A DNA stretch of 64,000 nucleotides, taken from positions 1 through 64,000 of the forward strand of contig JBALDB010000002.1 of the NCBI GenBank assembly GCA_036918135.1, read 5' to 3'. The notes under the pieces were generated by a model that did not search any database, was not told the origin of the DNA, and saw only the letters and a program-made list of their open reading frames with translations. Positions 1 through 10,238 of the stretch are shown here, piece after piece. The position numbers were made by a program, and so were the translations under genes. Position 1 is the stretch's first letter; the number at the start of each line of letters is the position of its first letter. The stretch comes from Nostoc sp. GTDB lineage: Bacteria > Cyanobacteriota > Cyanobacteriia > Cyanobacteriales > Nostocaceae.

Positions 1-2
1 GC

Positions 3-854
3 AAGACACTGGCTTCTGGCAGTGATGACAAGACCATCAAACTCTGGGATGTGAGCACAGGCAAAGCCATCAAAACCCTGAGTGGGCATAGCAGTTCGGT
101 CTGGGGCGTCGTCTTCAGCCCCGATGGCAAGACACTGGCTTCTGGCAGTGATGACAAGACCGTGATTTTATGGGATTTGGATTTCGATAATTTATTACTC
201 AGTGGTTGCAACTTGCTAAATAATTACCTAGTTGCCCATCCAGAAGTACTAGAGGATTTGAAAAAATGTCAAACTCCATCACGGAAGGTGCTGGGGGCAA
301 AAGTGTTAGTCATCCAAGGTGAGAAGTTAGCGCGAAATGATGATATTAATGGCGCTGTTGAAAAGTTCCGCCAAGCACAGCAGTGGGATAATAAGTTAAA
401 GTTTGATTTCCACGCCAGAGCGACAGAGTTTGTTAACAAAGGCAAGGCTGAACGCTCAGTTGATGAAGGAAATAGCCGCTTAGAAGAGAAAAAGTTTCAG
501 GAAGCATTAGCAGCTTACACCGAAGCTCTCAAGCTCGATCCAAAAGTGGAAATTCCTATAAGCTCTTGGAATACACTATGCTGGCGAGGTAGTCTGCAAA
601 AACAAGCTGCCGAAGTGTTACCAGCCTGTGAAAAAGCCGTTGCACTTGCACCTGAAGATGGCAACATTCGTGATAGTCGTGGCTTGGCTAGGGCGCTAAC
701 AGGCAACACCCAAGGGGCAATTGAGGACTTTGAAGCATATATCGCCCAGCCTCAGGATAAAAATGATAAAGCACAACGGCAGCGCTGGGTGAAAGATTTA
801 CGAGCAGGGAAAAATCCGTTTACAGATGCAGAGCTTAAGAAGTTACAGAATTAG
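3..854 (+). CDS. WD40-repeat plus TPR protein, C-terminal part (5' truncated by window)
   Basis: GHSSSVWGVVFSPDGKTLASGSDDKTVILWD WD40 repeats then TPR-like helices; frame is open back to the window start. Confidence 0.9.
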   Translation, partial: KTLASGSDDKTIKLWDVSTGKAIKTLSGHSSSVWGVVFSPDGKTLASGSDDKTVILWDLDFDNLLLSGCNLLNNYLVAHPEVLEDLKKCQTPSRKVLGAKVLVIQGEKLARNDDINGAVEKFRQAQQWDNKLKFDFHARATEFVNKGKAERSVDEGNSRLEEKKFQEALAAYTEALKLDPKVEIPISSWNTLCWRGSLQKQAAEVLPACEKAVALAPEDGNIRDSRGLARALTGNTQGAIEDFEAYIAQPQDKNDKAQRQRWVKDLRAGKNPFTDAELKKLQN

Positions 855-916
855 TTTTAACCTCACTTCCATATTCTACGAAAGCAATGAGTATTACCAG
901 CCTCAGTTATATGCAG

Positions 917-1063
917 TAGACCTCTTGCACGAATACAAAAACTACCCTCAACCCCCAACCCCTTCTCCCAATATTAGGAGAAGGGGAGTAAACTTCAAAG
1001 TCCCTCTTCCAAACTTGGGAGAGGGATTTAGGGTGAGGGATCTTGATTCATGCAAGAAGTCTA
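917..1063. mobile_element. MITE-like intergenic repeat with 18-bp imperfect TIRs
   Basis: TAGACCTCTTGCACGAAT ... ATTCATGCAAGAAGTCTA enclosing two GC-rich hairpins. Confidence 0.7.
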
Positions 1064-1071
1064 GTGTAATC

Positions 1072-1494
1072 CTAAACTTGGCTGAACTTACCAGAGTAAA
1101 GTTCATCAGACACTTCTTTAAGTTCTGGTTCAACCACTGTCAAATGTTGCTCTAAAATTGCCAAATTCCGAATATTGGACTTATAAAAAGCATCAAATAA
1201 ATCGCCCACAAAAGGCACAGTACCAACGACTGCTTCCAAACCCACGTTAAAAATCATTTTCGTTAAATCTTGGCGCGAGATGCCGAAGCGGGCAGCCAAA
1301 ATTATGATATAAGCTGAAAACGCTGTACTAATTAAATCACCTGCACCGGGAACTAAACCGATAATTGGGTCTATTCCAATGCGAATACGCGTCAAAGGAA
1401 TATGTATTGATGTATCCATCAAACGGCTGAGTTTGCGAATGCGGTTGAGAGTAGCAAGGCGTTTTGCAGCGTCCATAATTTCTGATATTTGCAC
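1072..1494 (-). CDS. DUF4112-type membrane protein
   Basis: RIGIDPIIGLVPGAGDL and VGTVPFVGDLFD motifs. Confidence 0.85.
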   Translation of the reverse strand: MQISEIMDAAKRLATLNRIRKLSRLMDTSIHIPLTRIRIGIDPIIGLVPGAGDLISTAFSAYIIILAARFGISRQDLTKMIFNVGLEAVVGTVPFVGDLFDAFYKSNIRNLAILEQHLTVVEPELKEVSDELYSGKFSQV

Positions 1495-1897
1495 TACTCT
1501 TAGATTGCACTATTTTTAGTTCTTTGTCTTGTACCGTTAGAAATAACAAGTATGAATAAAAATTCCGAATTCTGCCTAAAAAATAGACATCGTTATAGTT
1601 AATCACCTTCTGGTAAATTATTAGCAACGTAATTTTATAAGTCCGTAAACATCAGTGACGCAATTGTGATAAGAATATAGAACTACTGACCCTATACAGT
1701 TCTGGAAAATTAGCTGAGTCGAAGAGGAAAAATACCAAATTTATTACTCATTGCAGATTGATTTAACGTTACAACTGCCACAAGAGACGGTACTTTAGCA
1801 AGACTACTTAAACAATACAACAATCAATTTTACCCTTTGACTAAGCCTCTGGTACAATAGCAAAAGCCTAATTAACTAAGTCAATCTCTTTACAGAT

Positions 1898-2067
1898 AGG
1901 ACTTACGCAAGCACTATTTTGTCATTGCGACTGTAACGGAGTGTAGGGAAGCAATCCCAGAATTTTTGGCAATTACTTCTCTACGAGACGCTCCGCGAAC
2001 GCAACTCTTAAAGACGCACTCGCGTTCGTTTGTAATGACGTAAAATCATAGTCAGTGCGTAAGTCCT
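1898..2067. mobile_element. MITE-like repeat (AGGACTTACGCA TIR), copy 1, with nested small repeats
   Basis: AGGACTTACGCA ... TGCGTAAGTCCT; closely similar to 3068-3215. Confidence 0.75.
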
Positions 2068-2161
2068 GTACAGATATTATCAAGCTGTCCCTACTTACTT
2101 AATTCGACAACTCAATTTTTCCGAAAAATTCCAAGTATTAGTTATTACATCTACCACTACT

Positions 2162-2971
2162 ATGAAAAAATTAATTAAAGGTTTGCGCGAATTCAAAAGT
2201 AGTTATTTTCCCGCTAATGAAGAACTGTTTGAACAACTTTCTCATGGTCAAAAGCCTAGAGTACTATTTATTACTTGTTCGGATTCGCGTATCGATCCAA
2301 ACCTGATTACACAAGCTGGCTTAGGTGAATTATTTGTTATCCGCAATGCAGGCAATATTATTCCACCATATGGTGCGACTAATGGCGGTGAAGGGGCAAC
2401 AATAGAATATGCTGTTCAAGCATTAGATATTCAACAAATTATTGTCTGCGGTCACTCGCATTGTGGTGCTATGAAGGGGTTAATGAAGTTAGACAGCTTG
2501 CGGATAGAAATGCCGCTTGTACATGACTGGCTCAAGTATGCAGAGGCAACCCGACGACTAGTAAAAGATAATTATAGTGACTACGAAGGCGAAGAACTCT
2601 TAGAAATAATTATTGCTGAAAATGTACTCACCCAAATCGAAAATTTACGAACTTATCCAGTGATTCACTCTAAGCTCCACCAAGGGCAACTCAAAATTTA
2701 TGCTTGGATTTATCAAATTGAAACAGGAGAAGTCTTGGCATACGATGCACAAAACCACGCCTATATCTTGCCCCAAAATCAACTTCTACCATCAGAAAGA
2801 GATGAGATATTTGAACCACTAAGCAATGTGGAAATACGTTTCACAAAAACTCAACAACGGGCGTTGCCATCGTCTGAAGAAGTCCCTAATGGCGCACATG
2901 AATGGTTTCCAATGACAGTGCTTTCTCCAGAGCAAATGGAGCGAATTTATCGAGGCTCGGCAACAAAGTAA
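2162..2971 (+). CDS. beta-class carbonic anhydrase (CcaA/IcfA/CynT-like)
   Basis: CSDSRI and HSHCGA zinc-binding motifs; C-terminal extension. Confidence 0.93.
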   Translation: MKKLIKGLREFKSSYFPANEELFEQLSHGQKPRVLFITCSDSRIDPNLITQAGLGELFVIRNAGNIIPPYGATNGGEGATIEYAVQALDIQQIIVCGHSHCGAMKGLMKLDSLRIEMPLVHDWLKYAEATRRLVKDNYSDYEGEELLEIIIAENVLTQIENLRTYPVIHSKLHQGQLKIYAWIYQIETGEVLAYDAQNHAYILPQNQLLPSERDEIFEPLSNVEIRFTKTQQRALPSSEEVPNGAHEWFPMTVLSPEQMERIYRGSATK

Positions 2972-3067
2972 AAGTGAAAAGTATCAAAAATCCCTTGTAA
3001 GAGTATGAGTTGGTTGACTAGAAGTAACAGATGCTAAAGCCGATGGTTTAGAGGATTCTAAACAATT

Positions 3068-3215
3068 AGGACTTACGTAAGCACTATTCTGTCATTGCGA
3101 CCAGAACGTAGTGTAGGGAAGCAATCCCAAAGTTTTTGGCGATTACTTCTCTACGAGACGCTCCGCAAACGCTTCGCTCGTAATGACCTAAAATCGTAGT
3201 CAGTGCCTAAGTCCT
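3068..3215. mobile_element. MITE-like repeat (AGGACTTACG TIR), copy 2
   Basis: Direct-orientation copy of 1898-2067. Confidence 0.75.
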
Positions 3216-3264
3216 GATAATATTACCCCTTAACCAACGAGGATAATAATCAAAATGAGGGGTG

Positions 3265-3392
3265 ATATCATGTCCGCCTAATTAGTTACAATTCCCGCAT
3301 CTGTGCAGAACACCAGGAAAACCTCTTTCTCCCTGCTCCCTGCCCCCTGCCCCCTGCCGTCTTAATGATAAGTCTTTAACCGGACATGATAT
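3265..3392. mobile_element. MITE-like repeat with ATATCATGTCCG TIR
   Basis: ATATCATGTCCG ... CGGACATGATAT; internal CCCCTGC heptamers. Confidence 0.65.
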
Positions 3393-3524
3393 GAGGCGTT
3401 GAGTCTTACTCCCCAATACTAGTAGGGAAGGGGCTGAGGATTAAGTTTGACATTGGTTTTAGAGATAATGTAAAAAATTAAAGTTTTATAATAGTATTTC
3501 AACGCTCAGAAATTAGAGAAGACT

Positions 3525-4436
3525 GTGACCACTACACTACACTGGCAGGAGCGAGTTGGTAATCAAAGAGATTGGGTTTGGCGGGGCTGGCAAACTCGCT
3601 ATACTTATATTCGCTGTGCTCAGAATCATCAGAACACACAACCTCTAATTCTGTTACATGGCTTTGGCGCTTCTATTGGTCATTGGCGACATAATTTAGA
3701 GGTGTTAGCCGAACATCACACAGTTTACGCCCTAGATATGCTCGGTTTTGGCGCTTCCCAAAAAGCCGCAGCCAATTACAGCATCGAACTTTGGGTAGAG
3801 CAAGTTTACGATTTTTGGCAAACGTTTATCCGCCAACCAGCAATATTAATAGGCAATTCCAACGGTTCGCTGATTTCTTTAGCCGCCGCCGCCACTCATC
3901 CCGACATGGTGCGGGGTATGGTGATGATGAGTTTACCCGATCCTTCACTGGAACAAGAAGCAATTCCTCCTGTGCTGCGACCAGTGGTCAGAGGAATTAA
4001 AAATATTGTTGCTTCACCGTTGATTCTCAAGCCTGTGTTTAACTTTGTGCGCCGTCCAGGCGTGTTGCGTCGCTGGGCTAGTCTCGCCTACGCCAAACCA
4101 GAGGCAATTACCGATGAACTGATAGAAATTTTAGCTGGCCCTCCCCAAGACCGAGGTTCAGCGAGGGCTTTTAGTGCTTTGTTTAAAGCTGCAATTGGAA
4201 TTAACTTTAGTCCCAATGTCAAGGCAGTATTACCAACCTTAACAATTCCGATGCTATTAATTTGGGGACAAAAGGATCGCTTTGTTCCCCCAGCTTTGGC
4301 AAGCCAATTTGCTCAGTACAACGAGAAATTAGAAGTGCTTAATTTAGAAAACGTAGGTCATTGTCCCCATGATGAATGTCCTGAACAAGTCAACCAAGCG
4401 ATTTTAGATTGGATTGACAGAGGAGTTTGGAGTTAA
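3525..4436 (+). CDS. alpha/beta fold hydrolase
   Basis: LLHGFGAS, GNSNG nucleophile elbow, GHCPHDE. Confidence 0.92.
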   Translation: MTTTLHWQERVGNQRDWVWRGWQTRYTYIRCAQNHQNTQPLILLHGFGASIGHWRHNLEVLAEHHTVYALDMLGFGASQKAAANYSIELWVEQVYDFWQTFIRQPAILIGNSNGSLISLAAAATHPDMVRGMVMMSLPDPSLEQEAIPPVLRPVVRGIKNIVASPLILKPVFNFVRRPGVLRRWASLAYAKPEAITDELIEILAGPPQDRGSARAFSALFKAAIGINFSPNVKAVLPTLTIPMLLIWGQKDRFVPPALASQFAQYNEKLEVLNLENVGHCPHDECPEQVNQAILDWIDRGVWS

Positions 4437-4471
4437 GAATTATTCTCTCCCTGCTTTCCCTGTCCTCTTGC

Positions 4472-4828
4472 CTAGCTAACCGTAGCTTGGTCAGTATCAA
4501 CATCTGTAGTACCATTCACAGTACGGGCAACAGAAACCATTCTATCGAGAATTTCTTGGCTGGGAACTTTACCTTTCAACACTACAGTGGTACCTGTTTG
4601 AGCAACCCAAAGGGTATTAACATCGTCGAGTTGGGGGTCTTGATCGAATGCTAATGCTACCCGCTTTGCTAAACCACTTTGGTCATATTCACCATTTAAT
4701 CCTAGACGTTCTGGCGGTATTGATTGCGTATCAGTAGTACTAGGAGTTTGGGGTACTGCTTGGGCAGTGGGATTTACTTCAGCATTGTCAGGTTTTTCCA
4801 TTCCAAATAGTCTTTGTAACCAACCCAT
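4472..4828 (-). CDS. BON-domain (phospholipid-binding) protein
   Basis: VVLKGKVPS...ARTVNGTTDVD BON-like C-terminus. Confidence 0.8.
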   Translation of the reverse strand: MGWLQRLFGMEKPDNAEVNPTAQAVPQTPSTTDTQSIPPERLGLNGEYDQSGLAKRVALAFDQDPQLDDVNTLWVAQTGTTVVLKGKVPSQEILDRMVSVARTVNGTTDVDTDQATVS

Positions 4829-5185
4829 AACAACTTATCTCCGATTAGAGGTTAAACCAGATTTGAGTATACAAGCTTTAGTAATATCTGACATCTGCCG
4901 ATGAAAAAATATTTTCTCAAAGAAAATCCTGCTTGCAAAATAATTTCTCTACAAATTCTCTTTATAAATTGCAATGAGTGTAACTATTAAGTTTAAAATG
5001 AAAGGTCTCACTTATTATTATTTAGTGGCTCGGTACGTATAGCGCAGTCCTTTAGCTAGTACATTATTATCTGGAATCAGTAAAAAGCTTCAGGTTTAAG
5101 TATTCTTACTTTTAACTTTTTACTTTTGCCTTATTGTACTAGTATCTGCGTTACTCAAATCCCGCTCTGGCCCGTGTTGGCGAAG

Positions 5186-5704
5186 ATGAAACATACTCTT
5201 TCAGTTTTGGTAGAAGATGAGGCGGGCGTTCTGTCCCGCATTTCTGGTTTATTTGCCCGTCGTGGTTTTAATATTGAAAGCCTTGCTGTCGGCCCGGCTG
5301 AACAGGGAGGTGTGTCGCGAATTACGATGGTTGTACCCGGTGACGATCGCGTAATCGAACAACTCACCAAGCAATTATACAAGTTAGTCAATGTCCTCAA
5401 GGTACAGGATATTACCGAAACTCCTTGTGTAGAGCGAGAATTAATGCTATTGAAGGTAAATGCTACTAGTAGTAATCGCTCAGAAGTAATCGAACTGTCT
5501 CAGATTTTCCGGGCGCGAGTCGTGGATGTGGCGGAAGATTCTCTGACTTTAGAAGTTGTGGGAGATCCGGGTAAAATGGTAGCGATCGTCCAGGTGTTAC
5601 AAAAATTTGGTCTCAGAGAAATCGCCCGCACCGGCAAAATTGCCCTCACTCGTGAATCGGGTGTGAATACCGAATTACTAAAATCTTTGGAAGTAAAGGT
5701 TTAG
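5186..5704 (+). CDS. ilvN: acetolactate synthase small (regulatory) subunit
   Basis: [36 protein letters not shown] domain; ATG at 5186. Confidence 0.96.
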   Translation: MKHTLSVLVEDEAGVLSRISGLFARRGFNIESLAVGPAEQGGVSRITMVVPGDDRVIEQLTKQLYKLVNVLKVQDITETPCVERELMLLKVNATSSNRSEVIELSQIFRARVVDVAEDSLTLEVVGDPGKMVAIVQVLQKFGLREIARTGKIALTRESGVNTELLKSLEVKV

Positions 5705-5780
5705 TTAGGAATTAAAGAAGAAGTCGCAATGCAATTAGCGAAAAGAAGTAGGGTCATTAGGCTAACGCCCTAACATACTA

Positions 5781-6019
5781 TCAGTAGACCGAAAAGTTTT
5801 AGAAGTTAATGAAAAAATAAGGGTTTGAGCCGACGTTTTTGAGACTTTCCATCATGACCACAAGCGTAGACGCAAAGCGGCTTGTCGTAGACATCACTCT
5901 TCAATCCTCGCAGAACAAAAGTTTTTAAAACGCAGATGACAAGCTGATTTCGGCTTTTTGTATTCTTAAGTGGAAATGAAGGACTGGTAAAGGTTCTGGA
6001 AAACTTTTCGGTCTACTGA
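5781..6019. mobile_element. MITE-like element with perfect 19-bp TIRs
   Basis: TCAGTAGACCGAAAAGTTT ... AAACTTTTCGGTCTACTGA; contains a 26-nt small repeat at 5867-5892. Confidence 0.75.
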
Positions 6020-6210
6020 CAATGTATTAGTTCAAAAAAACATCAAAATTGAAGAGGAGGCAGTGCAGTCTTTGGGTCTCCCCAAGTAGAGCAACTGCCG
6101 TTCAGAATTCAGGAAGAAAGCTATTCTCACTCCAAAATCCGTGTTCAAAAGTTTAGAGCAGAAGTTTCCTTCGCTCTAATATTTCGCAAAATCTTAAATC
6201 CCAAATTCTA

Positions 6211-7671
6211 TTAATTAGTAGGCATAGTAACTTCCCAAATCCCTTGATTTCCACCGTATTCTATAACATAAATCTTATTGTTGATAATTTCAGCATCAAT
6301 GGGATTACTGAAACCTTGGACAATACGTCTGGCTTGAAGTCGGTAGTTGGTATTTCCTACTTTAGTCAATTTCAAATCCAACATATCTTGGCTGGGATCT
6401 TTAAAAGGGCCTGCTACAGCTTCACCAACAGGATCGCCTGGAGTCCAACTCAATACAAATGCATCTCCCTTAAATTCTGGATTCATTGCTCTTTGTGTAT
6501 CAAAAACTAAACCCAAAGGAGAACGATGTGCTGTAAAAGTACTCAAACTTTGTCCAAGAACGCTCGCATCTTTGATTTGGCCATTTTGAGGATCGCGATA
6601 ATTGTCTGCATCCGGGCCAAAATTAGGAATTGGTTCAGTCAAAGTGATATTAGGCCGAGATGGAAATGTCGGATCGTTATAATAGTAACCTTTGATAACT
6701 GCGCTAAATTTGGGGTTTAATAAACGGTCATTGGCAGGATTATAATTGGGAAATTGTTGGGGATTGTCTGTCCCACCTATACGCCAAGGAAAGCCGTAAT
6801 GTTGACCTTGACGTAACCAATTTAATTCTTCTGACATATCGCGATCGGGACCATTTTCTGTGCCAAATAAATCCCCATTAGGTGCAAAAGCCATATCGAA
6901 AGTGTTGCGTGTTCCTTCTGCAAAAATATAACCAGCTGTTTTTAAAGTTGCTCGATTGTTTGCCAGAAAGAGATTTTGACCATTAGTAGGAAGACGGATT
7001 ATACAGGCCGTTAATCCTACTTCGCGAGTATTGGGATATAAACCTCCAGCAGTCTGGATTTCACCATGATCTGTACGAGAACCGCTATTCACATAGATAT
7101 ACTTACCATCTGGGCTAACCACCACACCACTGAAACGATGATCATAGGCTGTTTTACTTTTTGGATACCCTGCACTCTTAGCCAAAACAGACCAGATACG
7201 CACTCCTGTATTTGGGTTAATTACACCTTTAACAATAATTGCTTTGGTCTGGTCATTTCCAAGGTTTCCATTGCCAACTAAATAAATTGTACCGTCAGGG
7301 CCAATGGCCATACCTTGAGTTTCAGCTACCTTATGATTACTAAAGTTATAGACAAGTGTACTAGTAGATAAAGCTAAATTAACTTTATAAATCTCGCCAT
7401 TGCGTTTGAGATAATAGAGTGTATTATTTCGCGGATCTTTTACAATCCGAACAGAAGGAGAAATCGATGCCGTATTTAGAATATTGCGAATCTGAATATC
7501 AGAACGCAGGGCTTGAGGTGCAGCATTAACTACGATAGTTCTATAATTTAACAGAAATATTGTTAATAGAAGTGTTTTTCCCCAAAAAAAGCATTTTTTT
7601 AGTGCCAATTTATTGCTAAATCTGCGTTTATCTGGGCTGGTTGATTTAGTGCTATTCATGATTTTCTCCAT
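6211..7671 (-). CDS. PQQ-dependent sugar dehydrogenase-like (glucose/sorbosone DH) beta-propeller protein
   Basis: GTRNTFDMAF, ENGPDRDMSEELN, HYGFP, HRSPLGL motifs; start codon uncertain. Confidence 0.8.
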   Translation of the reverse strand: MEKIMNSTKSTSPDKRRFSNKLALKKCFFWGKTLLLTIFLLNYRTIVVNAAPQALRSDIQIRNILNTASISPSVRIVKDPRNNTLYYLKRNGEIYKVNLALSTSTLVYNFSNHKVAETQGMAIGPDGTIYLVGNGNLGNDQTKAIIVKGVINPNTGVRIWSVLAKSAGYPKSKTAYDHRFSGVVVSPDGKYIYVNSGSRTDHGEIQTAGGLYPNTREVGLTACIIRLPTNGQNLFLANNRATLKTAGYIFAEGTRNTFDMAFAPNGDLFGTENGPDRDMSEELNWLRQGQHYGFPWRIGGTDNPQQFPNYNPANDRLLNPKFSAVIKGYYYNDPTFPSRPNITLTEPIPNFGPDADNYRDPQNGQIKDASVLGQSLSTFTAHRSPLGLVFDTQRAMNPEFKGDAFVLSWTPGDPVGEAVAGPFKDPSQDMLDLKLTKVGNTNYRLQARRIVQGFSNPIDAEIINNKIYVIEYGGNQGIWEVTMPTN

Positions 7672-7828
7672 AAATATAATCAGATGATGTTTTCTAAATC
7701 TTTTTACTGAATTAAGAAGATTTAGAGAATGTTTAAAAAACTTATACCAATTTAAAAAAGGATTGAAATAGATGGATTGACAAAACCCAAACACAGAAAT
7801 TCCTAATCTCAGATGGTATTATTTGTCC

Positions 7829-9178
7829 TTATGCCACACTCACTTCCAAGGTATAAGGAACAGATATGCTGTCACTTTCGCCAGAGAAAGTTCCACCATT
7901 TTGAGGAAAGAAAGCATATTTACTCACTGAAATAGAGTACGTCCCCGCACCTAGTGAAGCAGTGATTAATGACCCAAAGTCTGATTCATTGCCACTATCA
8001 TCATTAAATTGCAGTAAAGTCCCAGCATTATTAAACAGACCGAGGACTGTATCATCAGGTGTCACTGTTTTGATAGTTACAGTTGCTGAATTTGCTATAG
8101 AAAATTTAAAAAAGTCGAAATCAGGATTATCTCCGGGCTGAACTGTTACTAACTCACCTGCAAGATTAACATTTGAACCTGATGATAAAGAACCTAATCC
8201 TTCAGCGCTGGCTAGTGTATTATTTGTAGCTTGTCCAGCATTTTCCCGCTCATAGAAAAGGAAGTCGTCACTATCAAGTCTAAGATTGGTTCTCCCCTGC
8301 ACAATACCTATGATTTCATTTGGCTCTGTTCCTGGTTTATCTAAGAAAATTTGTGTGTTAGTTCCAACAACTTGCAGGCGGTAGTTCTGTAGAGATCCTT
8401 TGAGTTCAATTCGATCGTCACTAGAGTTGAAGTCACTAATGCTAGCCAAGTCTCCAAAACCTGCGTTCGCAGTGTTGTTATCGTCGTAGAAGACATTTGT
8501 CGCATTCCCAAGGACAAATCTATCTACCCCAACCCCGCCAATCAAGCTATCAATTTCCCCTGAACCGGGTGGGAGCGAATTACCAGGAAAAACACCAATC
8601 AGGACATCGTCTCCAGACCCTCCATTGAGTGTATCATTACCAGGCCCGCCCTGTAAGCTATCATTGCCATCCTCACCATTGAGAATATCATTTCCCAAAT
8701 TACCGTCTAGCGTGTCATTACCTGTTCTACCATTGAGAGTATTGTTAGCACTATTACCAAACACAAAGTTGTTAAGACTGTTACCTGTACCGTTAATGGG
8801 GCTAGTTCCCGTTAGCGTCAGATTCTCCACATTGGCTATGAGTGTGTAAGAGACAGAAGACCGGACGCTATCTGTGCCTGAATTAGCAGCTTCGGTGATA
8901 ATATCAGCAGCACTGTCAACAATGTAAGTGTCGTTACCTGTTCCCCCATTCAAGCTGTCAGTACCTGTACCGCCATCAAGTGTGTCATTGCCATCTCCAC
9001 CAATAAGACTGTCGTTTTCTGTTCCACCAAATAGATTATCGTTGCCAGCCGCACCATTTAAAATGTCGTTACCGGACGTAGTATTGGCATTACCACCATT
9101 AGCCCAACCATATATCGTGTCATCTCCCGAAGTCCCATTTCTGGTGTCAGAACCTGTCGTACCGTAAATAATTGCCAT
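7829..9178 (-). CDS. RTX/hemolysin-type Ca-binding repeat protein with C-terminal PPC-like domain
   Basis: GGxGNDxLx nonapeptides; DTVLGLF...NDD...GTYSISVS domain. Confidence 0.88.
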   Translation of the reverse strand: MAIIYGTTGSDTRNGTSGDDTIYGWANGGNANTTSGNDILNGAAGNDNLFGGTENDSLIGGDGNDTLDGGTGTDSLNGGTGNDTYIVDSAADIITEAANSGTDSVRSSVSYTLIANVENLTLTGTSPINGTGNSLNNFVFGNSANNTLNGRTGNDTLDGNLGNDILNGEDGNDSLQGGPGNDTLNGGSGDDVLIGVFPGNSLPPGSGEIDSLIGGVGVDRFVLGNATNVFYDDNNTANAGFGDLASISDFNSSDDRIELKGSLQNYRLQVVGTNTQIFLDKPGTEPNEIIGIVQGRTNLRLDSDDFLFYERENAGQATNNTLASAEGLGSLSSGSNVNLAGELVTVQPGDNPDFDFFKFSIANSATVTIKTVTPDDTVLGLFNNAGTLLQFNDDSGNESDFGSLITASLGAGTYSISVSKYAFFPQNGGTFSGESDSISVPYTLEVSVA

Positions 9179-10238
9179 CTCATTTCTCCGCAATTTTTAA
9201 CTAATGCCTCACTTCGGCCTTAGTCAAATAACTCTTTATTAGTTCAATGTAAATTACTTGCGATTTGCATAATCCTAGATGGAAAACTTTAATTATTAAT
9301 TTGACTAGGGACTTGCAAAAAAAACATCCAACTATCGATTATGCTGAGTCAAAAACCACCCTTTTAGTTATAGAGAGACAAGATGCTCACCATACAAGAA
9401 GATTAGATAATTTCTTTGTTGCAAATCCTTAATTACGCAAATCGTAAGTAATAGGCAAAAATTTCTTGATATTGATTGTTTTTATAAATTTTTTACTACC
9501 ATAACTATATTAATTATCATGAATGAAAGTTTTCATAAACTTCTTTATAAAATCTTTACAAGATTAATCTATGCCATTTATTTATAGTTTAGAAAAATAA
9601 ATATAAAACTTAATTAACTTTTTTCAAAGTTACTTATTTTTTTAGTAAAAGTTGTGATAGTTTTTCAATTAAAGCGCTTTCCCAGTTAAGTTAGGTTTCA
9701 ATATCAGATATTTTGTTAAAAAAGTATTATCTTTCAATAAAAAAAATACTTTTAGATTAAAGAAATATTTTAAAAGGAAGATAAGTTAAATTGATAGATT
9801 ATCCAGAAAATTTTTGAGTTTGATAAGAGTTGAACTTTACATAAATTTTATCAGCATAGAATTCAGGAGGCAGTCCTCAGAATTCAGTTGGTTATTAGAG
9901 TCCGATCGGCTTATGAATAAAGGGTAAAACACCACTAAATCACTGATTTAGTGGTGTTTAGTTTCTAGTCGGTAGGACTTTGAACTGATTGATTCTGATT
10001 ACTGAATTCTTCTTCAACTTGATGTAAAAGTTGCATGATATTTTCAGAAACAGCATTCAATATTAAGTTGATATCTCAAGCATTTACAAATTTCTAACTG
10101 TAAGAGACCATTTATCAAACTTGGGAATAGTCTCTTGTCTGCTAAGGGAGAACACACCGCCGTGTTCCCCTAATTAGAAGTAAAAGTATCTTTCAATCTG
10201 CCTTTGGATATCAGTATTTTCTGAAGTTAACAACGTCC

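Noticed and set aside
826..1155. ORFs of 109 and 61 aa
   Set aside because: They run through a MITE-like repeat and overlap neighbouring genes.
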